From positions 134,852,001-134,916,000 of the forward strand of contig CM059431.1 in the NCBI GenBank assembly GCA_030390025.1: a stretch of 64,000 nucleotides of DNA, written 5' to 3'. The stretch is from Squalus acanthias. Taxonomy: Eukaryota. The position numbers and the translations under genes were made by a program. Below, one piece after another: positions 23,676 through 35,855 of the stretch (position 1 is its first letter; every line of letters begins with the position of its first letter). A model generated the notes under the pieces. It was not told the DNA's origin, searched no databases, and saw only the letters and a list, made by a program, of their open reading frames with translations.

Positions 23676-24004
23676 CACCACAGATGGGGCATTGTGTGTG
23701 GGTCACAGATTGTTAACAGGTTTATTGGGTATGAAGTGAATAGTGACAGTGTTATGATTTCCAGATTTCGTCCAGTCCAATTATGTCACTTGCCACACAT
23801 GCACTGAGCTTTCCGAGAAATCAAGCAGGTCTATGGGGAGGAGAGGGAGAACGTGGTGCGGGTGGAAAGGGGGTGGGTTGGAAGAACGTGATCAGTCTTA
23901 CCATCTGGATCACGTTCTTGCTCTCATTCGTGCCCCTCGTTAGACCAGGATCATGTTCTTCCCCCATCCCCACTGTACTCACCGTGCTCTTTACCCTCCC
24001 CTGC

Positions 24005-24555
24005 CCCAAGTTCCTGACCTCCTCTCCCCTCCCCTCTGATCATCTCTCTTCCCCCTCCTCTCTCTCTCTCTCTCCCCTCCTCTCTCTTTCTCCCCTCCGA
24101 ATCCCTCTCGGTCTTCCCGGAGTCTTTTACCCGCCAATCTCCTCTCTCTCCCCCCAAGTCTCTCCCCCCTCGATCCACTCTCTTCCCCCAAGTCTCTCCC
24201 TCCTCCAATCTCCCCTCTCTCCCCACTCTGATCCCCTCTCTCCCCACTTGTCTCTCCCCCCAATCTCCTCTCTCTCCCCAGTCTCTCCCCCCTCCAATCT
24301 CCTCTCTCTTCCCCCAGTCTCTCCCCCCTCCAATCTCCTCTCTCTCCCCCCAGTCTCTCCCCCTTCCAATCTCCTCTCTCTCCCCCCAGTCTCTCCCCCC
24401 TCCGATCTCCTCTCTCTCTATCCCCCACTCAGATAAGCTCTCTCTCACCCCTCTGAACCTCTCTCTCCACCCCTCCGATCCCCTCTCTCTCCTGTCCTCT
24501 CTTCCCCCCTCCAATCCCCTCTCTCTCCCCTTTCGATCATCTCTCTCTCTCCCCA
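24005..24555. repeat. Polypyrimidine (CT/C-rich) minisatellite
   Basis: Tandem copies of CCAATCTCCTCTCTCTCCCCCCAGTCTCTCCCCCCT. Confidence 0.9.
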
Positions 24556-24559
24556 CACC

Positions 24560-24760
24560 CCCGGTCACCAACGGATCCAGTGACCACCTCCCGCGGAGCT
24601 GAGGAACGCGTAGCCCACTGCAGGCCGCAACGGTCATGTACTGCGCATGCGCAGCTTTGTTAAACAGCGCGCATGCACAGACGGGGACCAGGTGCGCAGC
24701 TCTGGGATACTGCGCGCACGCGCAGAAGGCCACAAAACTGTTCGTGCAAATAATCACTCC
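24560..24760 (-). promoter_or_regulatory. CpG-rich promoter-like segment with NRF1 motifs
   Basis: TGCGCATGCGCA at 24642-24653 plus near-consensus sites at 24668-24679 and 24713-24724, in CpG-dense sequence. Confidence 0.5.
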
Positions 24761-24762
24761 GC

Positions 24763-27700
24763 TTTTTCAATTTATTAATGGGATGTGGGTGTCACTGGCA
24801 AGGCCAGCATTTATTGCCCATCCCTAATTTCCCTTGAGAAGGTGTTGGTGCGCCGCCTTCTTGAACTGCTGCAGTCTGTGAGGTGAAGGTACTCCCACAG
24901 TGCTGTTCAAGAGGGAGTTCCAGGATTTTGAACCAGTGACTATGAAGGAACAGCGATATATTTCCAAGTCAGGATAGTGTGTGACTTGGAGGGGAACTTG
25001 GAGGTGGTGGTGTTCCCATGCGCCTGCTTCCCTTGTCCTTCTAGGTGGTAGAGGTCGCGGGTTTGGAGGTGCTGTCAAAGAAGCCTTGGCGAGTTGCTGC
25101 AGTGCATCTTGTAGATGGTACACACTGCAGCCACGGTGCACCGGTGGTGGAGGGAGTGAATGTTTAATGTAGTGGATTGGGTGCTAATCAAGTGGGCCCC
25201 TTTGTCCTGGATGGTGCCGAGCTTCTTGAGTGTTGTTGGACTCATTCAGGCAAGTAGAGAGTATTCCATCACACGCCTGACTTGTGCCTTGTAGATGGTG
25301 GAAAGGCTTTGGGGAGTCAGGAGCTGCAGAATACCTAGCCTCTGACCTGCTCTTGTAGCCACAGTATTTATGTGACTAGTCCAGTTAAGCTTCTGGTCAA
25401 TGGTAACACCCAGGATGTTGATGGTGGGAGATTCAGCAAGAGTAATCCATTGAATGTCAAGGGGAGGTGGCTAGACTCTCTCTTGTTGGAGATGGTCATT
25501 GCCTGCACTTGTGTGGCAAGAAAGTTACTTGCCACTTATCAGCCCAAGCCTGAATGTAGTCCAGGTCTTGCTGCATGCAGGCACAGTCATTATCTGAGGA
25601 GTTGTGAATGGAACTGAACACTGTGCAATCATCAGCGAAACATCCCCACTTCTGACCTTATGATGGAGGGAAGGTCATTGATGAAGCAGCTGAAGATAGT
25701 TGGGCCTGGGAACTCCTGCAGTGATGTCCTGGGGCTGAGATGATTGGCCTCCAACAACCACAACCATCTTCCTTTGTGCTAGGTATAACTCCAGCCCGTG
25801 GAGAGTTTTCCACCCCGATTCCCATTGACTTCAGTTTTACTGGGGCTCCTTGATGCCACACTCGGTCAAATGCTGCCTTGAAGTCAAGGGCAGTCACTCT
25901 CACCTCACCTCTGGAATTCAGCTCTTATGTCCACGTTTGGACCAAGGCTGTAAAGGTCTGGATTTGAGTGGTCCTAGCGGAACCCAAACTGAGCATTGGT
26001 GAGCAGGTTATTGGTGAGTAAGTGCCGCTTCATAGCAATATCGACAACACCTTCCATCACTTTGCTGATGATCGAGAGTAGACTGATGGGGCACTAGTTG
26101 GATGGATTGGATTTGTCCTGCATTTTGTGGACAGGACATACCTGGACAATTTTCCACTTTGTTGGGTAAATGCCAGTGTTGTAGCTGTACTGGAACAGCT
26201 TGACTAGAGGCGCTGCTAGTTCTGGAGCACAAGTCTTCAGCATTCAGCCAGGATGTTGTCGGGGCATATATCCTTTGCTGTATCCAGTGCACTCAGTCAT
26301 TTCTTGATATTACGTGGAGTGAATCGAATTAGCTGAAAACTGGCTTCTGTGATGTTGGGGACCTCAGGAGGATCATCCACTCAGCAATTCAGGCTGAAGA
26401 TGGTTGCAAACGCTTCAGCTTTGTCTTTTGTACTCACGTGCTGGGCTTCGCCATCATTCAGCATGGAGATGTTCAATGAGTCTCCGCCTCCCGTTAGTTG
26501 TTTAGTCCACCGCCATTCGTGACTGGATGTGGTAGGACTGCAGAGCTTTGATCTGATCTGTTGGTTGTGGGATCGCTTAGCTCTGTCTATAGCATGCTGC
26601 TTCTGCTGCTAGGTATGCATGTAGTTTCACCAGGTTGGCACCTCATTTTTAGGTATACCTGGTGCTGCTCCTGGCTCTTCTACACTCCTTATTGAAACAG
26701 GTTTAGTCCTACGGCTTGATGGCAATAGTAGAGCGAGGGATATGCCGGGCCATGAGGTTACAGATTGTGGTGGAATACAATTCTGCTGCTGCTGATGGCC
26801 CACAGCGCCTCATGGGTGCCCAGTTTTGAGCTGCTAGATCTGTTCTGAATCTATCCCATTTAGCATGGTGGTAGTGCCACACAACACGATTGAGGGTGTC
26901 CTCAGTGTGAAGTTGGGACTTTGTCTCCACAAGGACTGTGCAGTGATCACTCCTACCAATACTGTCATGGATGTCAAATCTGCAACAGGTAGATTGGTGA
27001 GGACAAGGTCAAGTAGGTTTTTCCCTCGTGTTGGTTCTCTCACCACCTGCCACAGGTGCAGTTTGGCAGCTGTGTCCTTCAGGACTCAGCCAGCTTGGTC
27101 AGTAGTGGTGCTACCAAGCCACTTGTGGTGATGGACATTGAAGTCCCCCACCCAGAGTATATTCTGTGCCCTTGCTCAGTGCTTCTTCCAAGTGGTGTTC
27201 AACATGGAGGAATACTGATTCATCAGCTGAGGGAGGGTGGTAGTTGATAATCAGCAAGAGGTTTCCTTGCCCATGTTTGACCTGATGCCATGAGACTTCA
27301 TGGGGTTCATGGTCAATGTTGAAGACTCCCGGGCCACTCCTTCCCGACTGTATACCCCTGTCTAACCTCGGTGGTGGGAAAATTATTAGAAAGAATTCTG
27401 AAAGACAGGATAAATCTTCATTTAGAAAGACACGGATTAATCAAGGATAGTCAGCACGGATTTGTTAAGGGAAGGTCGTGTCTGACAAACTTGATTGAAT
27501 TTTTTGAGGAGGTAACAAGGAGGGTAGATGAGGGTAGTGCATTTGATGTAGTATATATGGACTTTAGCAAGGCTTTTGATAAGGTTCCACATGGCAGACT
27601 GGTCACGAAGTTAAAAGCCCATGGGATTAAGGCCAAAGTGTCAAGTTGGATTCAAAACTGGCTCGGAGACAGGAAGCAGAGGGTAATGGTTGATGGGTGT

Positions 27701-29330
27701 TTTTGTGACTGGAAGGCTGTTTCCAGTGGGGTTCCGCAGGGCTCAGTACTAGGTCCCTTGCTTTTTGTGGTATATATCAATGATCTAGACTTGAATATAG
27801 GGGGCATGATTAAGAAGTTTGCAGGTGATACTAAAATCGGCTGTGTGGTTGATACTGAAGAAGGAAGCTGTAGACTGCAGGAAGATATGAATAAATTGGT
27901 CAGGTGGGCAGAACAGTGGCAAATGGGATTCAATCCAGAGAAGTGTGAGGTAATGCATTTGGGGAGGGCTAACAAGGAAAGGGAATACACATTAAATGGT
28001 AGGACACTGAGTAGTGTAGAGGAACAAAGGGACCTTGGAGTGCATGTCCACAGACCCCTGAAGGTAGCAGGCCAAGTAGATAAGGTGGTTAAGAAGGCAT
28101 ACGGAATGCTTGTATTCTATGCTACGGCTAATAAAGGCAAGAGCAGGTGGGTTATGCTTCAACTGTATAAAACACTAGTTAGGCCTCAGCTAGAGTACTG
28201 CGTGCAGTTCTGGTCACCACATTACAGGAAAGATGTGATTGCACTAGAGAGAGTACAGAGGAGATTTACAAGGATGTTGCTGGGAGTAGAGAATCTTAGC
28301 TATGAGGAAAGACTGGATAGGCTGGGTCTGTTTTCCTTGGAACAGAGGAGGCTGAGGGGAGACCTTATTGAGGTGTATAAAATTATGAGGGGCCTAGATA
28401 AAGTGGATAGAAAGGACCTATTTCCCTTAGCAGAGGGGTCAAAAACCAGGGGGCACAGATTTAAAGTAATTGGTGGAAGGTTTAGAGCGGATTTGAGGGG
28501 AAATTTCTCCACCCAGAGGGTTGTGGGAGTCTGGAACTCACTGCCTGAAAGGGTGGTAGATGCAGGAACCCTAACCACATTTAAAAAGTACTTGGATGTG
28601 CACTTGGGATGCTCTAACCTGCAGGGCTATGGACCAAGAGCTTGGAAGTGGGATTAGGCTGGATAGCTCTTTATTGGCCGGCGCGGACACGATGGGCTGA
28701 AATGGCCTCCTTCCGTGCTGTAACTTTCTATGATTCGATGATTTTGTGCCGCCACCTCTGCTGGGTCTGTTCGACCGGTGAGACAGGACATGCCCAGGGA
28801 TAGTGATAGAAGAATCAGGGACGTTGGCTGAAAGGTATGATTCTGTGAGCATGATGTCAGGCTGTGGCCTGACTAGTCTGTGGCCTGACTCGTCTGTGGG
28901 ACACCTCTCCCAATTTTGGCTCAAGTCCCCAGATGCTAGTGAGGAGGACTTTGCAGGGTCGACTGGGCTGGGTGTGCCTTTGCTGTGATCGAGTCCAGTG
29001 CCTACGGTGATGCCGGGTGGTCCATCCAGTTTTATTCTTATTGTCTATGTGCGTCTGGAGTCACATACAGGCCAGACTGGCAGATTTCCTTCCCTAAAAG
29101 CCATCAGTGAACCAGATGGGTTTTTATGACAATCCGCTAGTTTCATGGTCACCATTACTGATACTAGCTTTTTATTCCAGATTTATTTAATTTTTTATTC
29201 CAGATTTATTTAATTAACTAAACTTAAATTCCACAGCTGTCATGATGGGATTTGAACTTATGTCTCCAAATCAATAGCTTGGGCCTCTGGATTACGAGTC
29301 CAGTAACATAACCACTATTCTCGCATTCCC
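24763..29330 (-). mobile_element. Degenerate non-LTR retrotransposon (APE + RT, distinct from the main CR1 family) with a tRNA-like 5' head
   Basis: Endonuclease motifs LTESYL, RPSRGGG and EPTRGKNLLDLVLTN; RT motif ALDFKAAFDRVWHQG; tail GGGATGGGCAATAAATGCTGGCC. B-box-like GTTCAAATCCC at about 29247-29257. Interrupted by the CR1 at 27361-28745. Confidence 0.85.
27361..28745 (+). mobile_element. 5'-truncated CR1 with an open 428-aa RT C-terminal frame
   Basis: ORF 27371-28657 ([27 protein letters not shown] in place of FADD) followed by a CR1 tail. The host LINE rejoins across it. Confidence 0.92.
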
Positions 29331-29689
29331 ATATACTACATGCTGCACAACCTCGCCATCATGTGGGGACAGCCCTTGCCACCAGCTATACGGCAAGCAG
29401 CAGAGGAAGAGGAAGGAGGAAGAAGAGGAAGGCAGGAGGCAACCTAGACAGCCCCTTTCTGGCCAGGCTGTCCGTGAACAACTCATCCTATTGCGATACC
29501 AGTAAGCACAACCCCAATTCCCCATGTCACCAACAGTCCCACACCATACCTTCCCTCGGTTACTGACCATCACAGCGTCCGCTTGGCCACATTCCAAACC
29601 CAATTTATAAATCAAACCATGCCATATTGCATACTAACGTAAACTAATCTTCTTTGTGCATTCCCTTAGTGCCTGTCCTCGTGCTCCTA

Positions 29690-31600
29690 CGCAGTGCTAC
29701 CCCAGTGGCTGCAGCATGGCTGGTGGAAGTCTGCTGACGGCCTTGCACAACGACCTCGAGCAGCTCTGAGCCTCGAAGGCCTGGCTGCGGACTGCACCAT
29801 CTCGACATGGGCGGCAGCAGTCTGGGCTGGCTGGCTGACAGGCAACATCAAGGACACTGGCGGAGTGGGAGGATGAATGCTGTCATCCTGAGAGAGGACA
29901 ACAGGTTTGTGCTCCAGGGAGCCATTGCCACTCCCCTGGGGCAGTGCCTCAGCAATCCTAGTAATCTGTTGGGAGGACTTATTGCTGGACTGTTGTGTCA
30001 CACTGCAAGCCCCTTTGAACACTGGCATCCACAGCCATGATGGCAACAGTGTGAGCTTGCATGGCAGCAAGCTGACTTTGCAGGACAGAAGGCTGAGCTT
30101 TCACTGCAGCACGCAGACGTTGGGTGGCTTCTGCTTGGGTGGCAATGGAAGCTGAGGCATCGGCCATCGGACGCTGCATCACGGTTGGGTCCACAAGTGT
30201 GCTAATGGAGTTGGCCACCACTTCCATGCTGGAAAGGATGGGCTCCAAGCTCTGCGCAAAGCCCTGTGCCAAGTTGGTGCCGGACTCCTCCATGCTCCAT
30301 GAAATTGCATGCAGGCTTTCTGGCAGGATGCCCACTGCACCAAGCATTTCATTGTGCATACACATCAGCCTTCTTCTAAGCCCGCCCCATCGAAATGCTG
30401 ATCTAAGTCTTCTGCGGCAGAACCCGTGTGCGACCTCGCCCTCTGGCAAGCTGGCACCTGCACTACCCTTGGCCCCTGCCCTGGCTGCAGACCATTCATG
30501 CCCGATATCTCACCACATGCAGATCCCACTTCGAAGTTATCCTCTAAATTATGCACAGTGTCAACATCTGAGCTGATGGCTGCCAGTGTGAAATCGAGTG
30601 ACGGTGTTTCTTCATCATCACTTTCTTCTTGCTCTTCCATCACTACCTGGCCAGGTTGCAGTCCTTGGGCATCTGAAAGGAGAAAGGCACAAGGGTAGGG
30701 TTGTGGTGAGGGGAGGGTGGCAGGAGGAGGGGGGGGGGGGGGAAGTAAGAGGTGCATGCTTACACCATCTGCAGCTTGTAAATCAGAAGACATTGTGGAA
30801 TGAAGTGGAAGTGGGATGTGAGGAGGATTATGTTTGAGGATACTATCATCTTCTATTGTTTCAGCACTGCCGCTGACCACGGCCTCAGCAATGTCCGCTC
30901 CAATGATGGCGAGCACCGTCTCCTACATGGGGGTAAGGACATACAGCCGCCCCTGTCCCCTGCCACTTAGCTCCTGCTGCCTCTGGTTGTGTACCACCTT
31001 GTCCTGCAAGAGAGAGGGAAATGTGTCAATGTGTGTGGTGCAATCTATCCTTTTTAATTCATTCATGGGATGTGGGCGTCGCTGGCAAAGCCAACATTTA
31101 TTGCCCACCCATCTGTTTCGGTGATGTGGCTGTCATGATTGAATAGCTGGCAGTGTGTGCAAGCTGGGAGATGTGGGTGTGAGGCTTGTAGCAGTGCAAA
31201 GTGTGTGAGCGTGAGGTAAAGCTATGAATGTTAGATATGAGTCTTGATCGATGGAGATGGTTGGTGAGTGAGGAGGGTATGGTGGATTGAGCAGTTGCTG
31301 AGGCTAGTGGTGCAGTTGGTGGGATTTGGCATTTGAAGATATAATTACTGACTTTGACCACTCATGTGAGGTCATTGAACTTTTTGCAGAACTGCATCCA
31401 TGTCCTCAGGGTTTGACTCCTGGCATTGATTGCCACAGCTATCTGGTCCCACTGCCTTCTAAGCGTTTGTCTGGAGGGCCTCCTGGCCCCTTGTGGATAA
31501 AGCACTTCTCTCCTCTACACCTCCTGCACCAAGGCCTCCAGTGCAGCTTCGGAAAATCTTGGAGCCCGCTCTCTGCCATGTTGTGCCACTCTTTTCCCAC
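29690..31600 (-). pseudogene. Three-exon Harbinger Myb/SANT-like gene, decayed
   Basis: Exon 1 reads RERAPRFSEAALEALVQEV*RREVLYP...WDQIAVAINARS...CKKFNDL with donor GTCAGT at about 31352. Exon 2 starts at 31003 (DKVVHNQRQQ). Exon 3 acceptor at about 30673. Confidence 0.8.
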
Positions 31601-32747
31601 TTCACAATGAGTTGCGCAACAACTTCCACCACCTGCACCAACCAAAATGCACCTCCCCTTTAAGAGGTGCAGGCTGGTTTTAAGTAGTGCAGGCTGGCTT
31701 TCAGAGGTGCAGGCTGGCTTTAAGTGGTGCAGGCTGGCTTTAAGTGGTGCCAGCCTCTCACAATGTTGGGCCCCCTGCTGAGGCGTGCATGGTTAATCGC
31801 TGGCTGCACGCTGCAATCATGAAAATTAGCAGGCAGCACAAAGTTGGCGTTCAGCCTGCATTGTAAGCAACGGGCGCGGGTTAAACCCGCATCGCGATCC
31901 TCGTGCCCGTTTTCGGGCCCTACCCAATTTAGCCTCCTTGGTTTCCAAAAGGGTATGCATTTTGGAAGTCTAATGCTACTTTTTTATTGTTATTAAAGCA
32001 ATTCAAAATTGTGCATAAACCGAAGATGTTGTTGAATTCTAATCTCTATTTCTTTCCTAGTATATAATAAATGATTGGTTTTACAAAGCCATTGTTTATG
32101 CCTGAAGTTCCTTTATGAAAAAGAGCCCATTAAGTAATAAATAAAATTAAACTGTGTGGAGATATAAAAGGCGTTTCCCCAAATTAAATAACACATTGCA
32201 CCTTTTGTCCCTACAGTACTTTGGTGGAGAATTCGGTCATCCTACTTATTACATCCCAAGATATTTTGTTTTGCGATTAGGAACTGTTGTTTAGAATTTC
32301 AGGCATTCCATGTCTTAAAAGAAATAATTTTACTGATTAGACTCAAAATAGCAAGTAAGTCTTCACTAACTGAAGCTGAAGAAGAAGCTTTAAATTACAG
32401 TGAGAGAGAGGATTGTTCCCCTATGATAGTGATACCTACTGGTCGAAGTAATGGTGTCAAAATAAAGATAGGGCCAGAATTCTTGCCTTACATAAAGAAA
32501 ATGAATTCTTAAGGTTTGAAAATGAAAGACTGTTTAAAGAAAACAGAGCCCGGTTTTGTAGATATAAACTAGAACAGGGCAGCAATGAGGTTTCAAAAAA
32601 AAAAGAAAAGGAAGCCAATACAAAAAGGTAGATAATTACCAATTAAAATGCTGGGAGTTGAAAATAATAGTAAACTCATGAAAACGAAAATTAGAAAGAC
32701 AGTTACGCTCTACAACCGTTAAGGAGCAGGGACAAGATGGACCTACA

Positions 32748-33426
32748 GGCTGGATTTTCATTGACCCGTGGAGGCGGGTTTGGAGGCGTGTGGGGGGTTA
32801 AAATTGCGAAAACTGGCGGGCGGGCACAAGTCCACCTGCATCCCACCGCCACGCAATTTTCATTAAATCGTGCCTGCTGGTCCCGACTCCGTCCCGCCTT
32901 TAAGAGGCGGGATAGGCTGTTAAGGCCCTTAACAAGCACTAAATTGGCTCTATAATGCCATTTTGAAAGGCCTTTGTGATTTTAATCCTTGTTCTACATG
33001 AAGCATGCCTGTTCTGAACCACGAATGTGAAACCTGGCAGTAACACATTTCAAAAGCGGACTATCAGCTGCAGGTCCACTATTACAATGGAGAAGTAGTA
33101 ATAGGAAAAATATCTGGGGCTGCTGCTCATTTTGCCTTCAGTCTCTCTCTCTCTCTCTCTCTCTCAGCAGACTTTTGCATCCAGGTCCTCTCACAACGAA
33201 GGCCAGGCAGTCTTTGCAGACCTTCAATGCAGCAGCAATGATGACATCATCAGAGGCGACTTTCAGACTGAAAACACTAATTGGGTCATGGGTTCCCACA
33301 TACTGGAACTCAATTGCCCAATTAGGTGAAAATCGCATCAATCTCCCACATCCAATTGTAGTCGGGTGGATAACACGAAAAGTGGATGACACGACCCAAA
33401 CCCACCCCAGTATCAAAATCCAGCCC
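32748..33426. mobile_element. Harbinger-type MITE, about 680 bp (copy 1)
   Basis: TIR GGCTGGATTTT and ACA flanks at 32745-32747 and 33427-33429. Close copy at 50493-51175. Confidence 0.88.
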
Positions 33427-33545
33427 ACAGAATCAGTTGGAGTAACCAATGGTGTAAGAAAGGAAAAATTTGAACCTGAGGTAAAAGTGGGTTAAATCAG
33501 TACAAAGTCTTCCTTTGACATGGAAGGTGGAGAATTAAACACTCA

Positions 33546-34418
33546 GGCCGGAATTTTGCCGGTCCTCAGAGTGCAGCATTGGAGACGGGACCGCTGTCAA
33601 AATCACAAAGATTGACAGCGGATAGGAAACCCGCTGTCAACCCGCCTCCAAATCAATCTTTCCAAGTGTCGGGTCCCCGCTTTGCACATGCACCCGACAC
33701 CTAGCAGCGGGAAAAGGATTATAGCCACTTACCTGGCTGTTAACAGGTACTTGATACTTGTTAACAGGCTCTTTTTCAATTCTGCCGCTTCTGCCTCGGG
33801 TTCCCCGATGTCCGGACACCACACCAGGTAAGTGTGGCGTGTTGTGAGTCTGCTGCAATGTTTCTGCATTGATGACAGCTGCAGAAGTGGTGTGAAGGAT
33901 CCAATGGTGCACTGGTGAGTTTCAGAGGTAAGACAATGTTGGGAAAATCATTTTTAATGCATTTACACTTTTCTGTAGGTAACAAGTTTTGAATTGGCTG
34001 TCTAGTCCCATCTCATTGGGAGAACCTCTCACCAGTGACAGATCGCTTCTGTAACCTCACCTGCAGCTGCCATCTGTTCTAGCCTATGGAGGGAGTCATT
34101 GGAGAGCCTGGATGCAAGAGTTTACCTTTGTACAGTGATCGTCAGTGTTTGCAGCACCTCAATGCTGTCAAACACTGAGAAATGAGCTATCAAAGAAAAA
34201 TTGTGCGTGGTCCCTTTAAGAAAACCGGCAAATGATGCGTAATCAATGACGTCGCCTGACCGACTTCCTCTTTATTGGCCGGCAAGCCCGCAGGGCGGGC
34301 TTAACAAGGTCAATCGACATAAAATCACATCCGTGGGCCGGATGCAGTTGGGGCGGGACTGGAAGCCGGAAACCAGCTGACCCGCTCCCAAGCCACATCC
34401 ATTTGCAAAATCGCAGCC
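33546..34418. mobile_element. Harbinger-type MITE, 873 bp
   Basis: TIRs GGCCGGAATTTTGC and GGCTGCGATTTTGC, with TCA TSD at 33543-33545 and 34419-34421. Confidence 0.8.
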
Positions 34419-35629
34419 TCAATCTCCAATAAATATAGGAGAAACAAAAATTATACCAGGCAGGAAAATTACCAAAATGGGCCAAATTCTAGTCAGCAAA
34501 GAAGCCCAAAGTTTTACAGAAAACCTTATACAGGACAACCAAACAATTTTAATGAGCAGGATCTAGAAGCTAGAATAGAAAAAAAGATGGAAAGTGGGAT
34601 GTTTGATTTATTGTGGAATATAAGAACATAAAAAGGCAGTTCTTTGGATAAATTTAAATCACATTATGAAATGTGTATTTTTAAATGTTTTAATTTGTTT
34701 AAAACCTTTTAGAGATTACGAATTTCAGTTACTAAGAAACAATATGTTGGACAAAAGGTTCTCCTGACTAATTCTTCAGGATTGGCATTTTTGATGTAAT
34801 TAGTAGAAGTTTTCAGTCACATTTTTGTTCGGTGGTTCAAAGTAAGATAACAGCAGAACTCGAGAGGAACGTGTACACGGCAAATAGCAAGGAAAGCGGC
34901 TAGAAACTTACTAATGGGAAATTACTAAAGACTTGTAAAAACAACCTCCAGTTCCCTCTCCCATTGTGCTAATACTGCACAGCCAGCAAATGCATAAGTG
35001 CAATGCATACTTTAAAACCCAAACTGCTGTTTTCCCATTTCAGTTGTGGGGAAAGGGAGGCAGCCCACTGCGGGGAAAGGGTTTATGGGTGGGAAGTGGA
35101 TCGGCCAAGGCCCAAAGCAGAAGGCCAAGGTGGCAAGAAGGCACATCGACTGAGGCTGAGGGAGGACCTTGGGTGGAGAGAGGTATAATGGTAAGTAAAC
35201 ACATCTTACAGCTTCAAAATAAGTATCAAGCATGATGGAAACAGCCTGATGTGGTCTTATATGGGATGCTGTAAGAAAATGTTCTATATATAATGAATTT
35301 CCCATGGCATTGCACACAGCAAGTCACAGAATACGGTATTTCTGTTACCTGTCTACATGTTGCTATTTCTCCCTGTTTTTTCATCCTCTGCTTCTATCTC
35401 TCTCTTTCTCTTTTGCTCTTCTGCTAATTCCCAATTTTTCTTTCTCTATCCTCTTCTGCATCGCTCAGTCTATTTCTTTTTTCCTTTTGGCTGGGAGGTT
35501 GTAGATGGCATGTCAGGGAACAAATTTGCCACCGACACAATGTGCATTTCTGAAGGTCACTTTCCAGCTCCTCCCACGACACTCACATTTCCCACAACCC
35601 TCTTCGTCCCATTGGTTCCCTTCCCCATA

Positions 35630-35855
35630 CCTTCCCACTACCTGTCCCCTCCTCACCGCCTTCCAACTACCCCTCCCCTCCCTCCACCTTCCCACTACCC
35701 CCTCCCCTCCCCTCCACCCTTCCCTCCCCTACTACCCCTCCCCTCCCCACTACCCCTCCCCTCCCCACTACCCCTCCCTACCCCTCCCCACTACCCCTCC
35801 CTACCCCTCCCCACTACCCCTCCCTACCCCTCCCCCCACTACCCCTCCCTACCCA
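35630..35855. repeat. C-rich minisatellite (CCCCACTACCCCTCCCTA-like units)
   Basis: Tandem CCACTACCCCTCCC units. The G-rich strand is the UGGT2 transcript strand. Confidence 0.85.

Larger units (their letters stand above)
22028..31937 (+). mobile_element. Degenerate two-gene Harbinger transposon carrying a 6.3-kb nested insertion
   Basis: Imperfect TIRs GGAGCGCGAAATTTGG and GGAGGCTAAATTGGG. Transposase N-terminal part at 22435-23026 and C-terminus at 29335-29505. Convergent Myb gene at 29690-31600. Confidence 0.75.
31940..34630 (+). mobile_element. Old LTR-element remnant (Ala PBS and decayed gag-like ORF) split by two MITEs
   Basis: TATAAAAG at 32163. PBS-like TGGTGGAGAATTCGGTCA at 32222-32239 (compare tRNA-Ala PBS TGGTGGAGAATGCGGGCA). 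A-rich broken coding-like sequence continues across both MITEs. Confidence 0.5.

Noticed and set aside
23151..24757. Long Pro/Ser/Leu- or Gly/Arg/Glu-rich ORFs
   Set aside because: They arise from stop-poor low-complexity tandem repeats.
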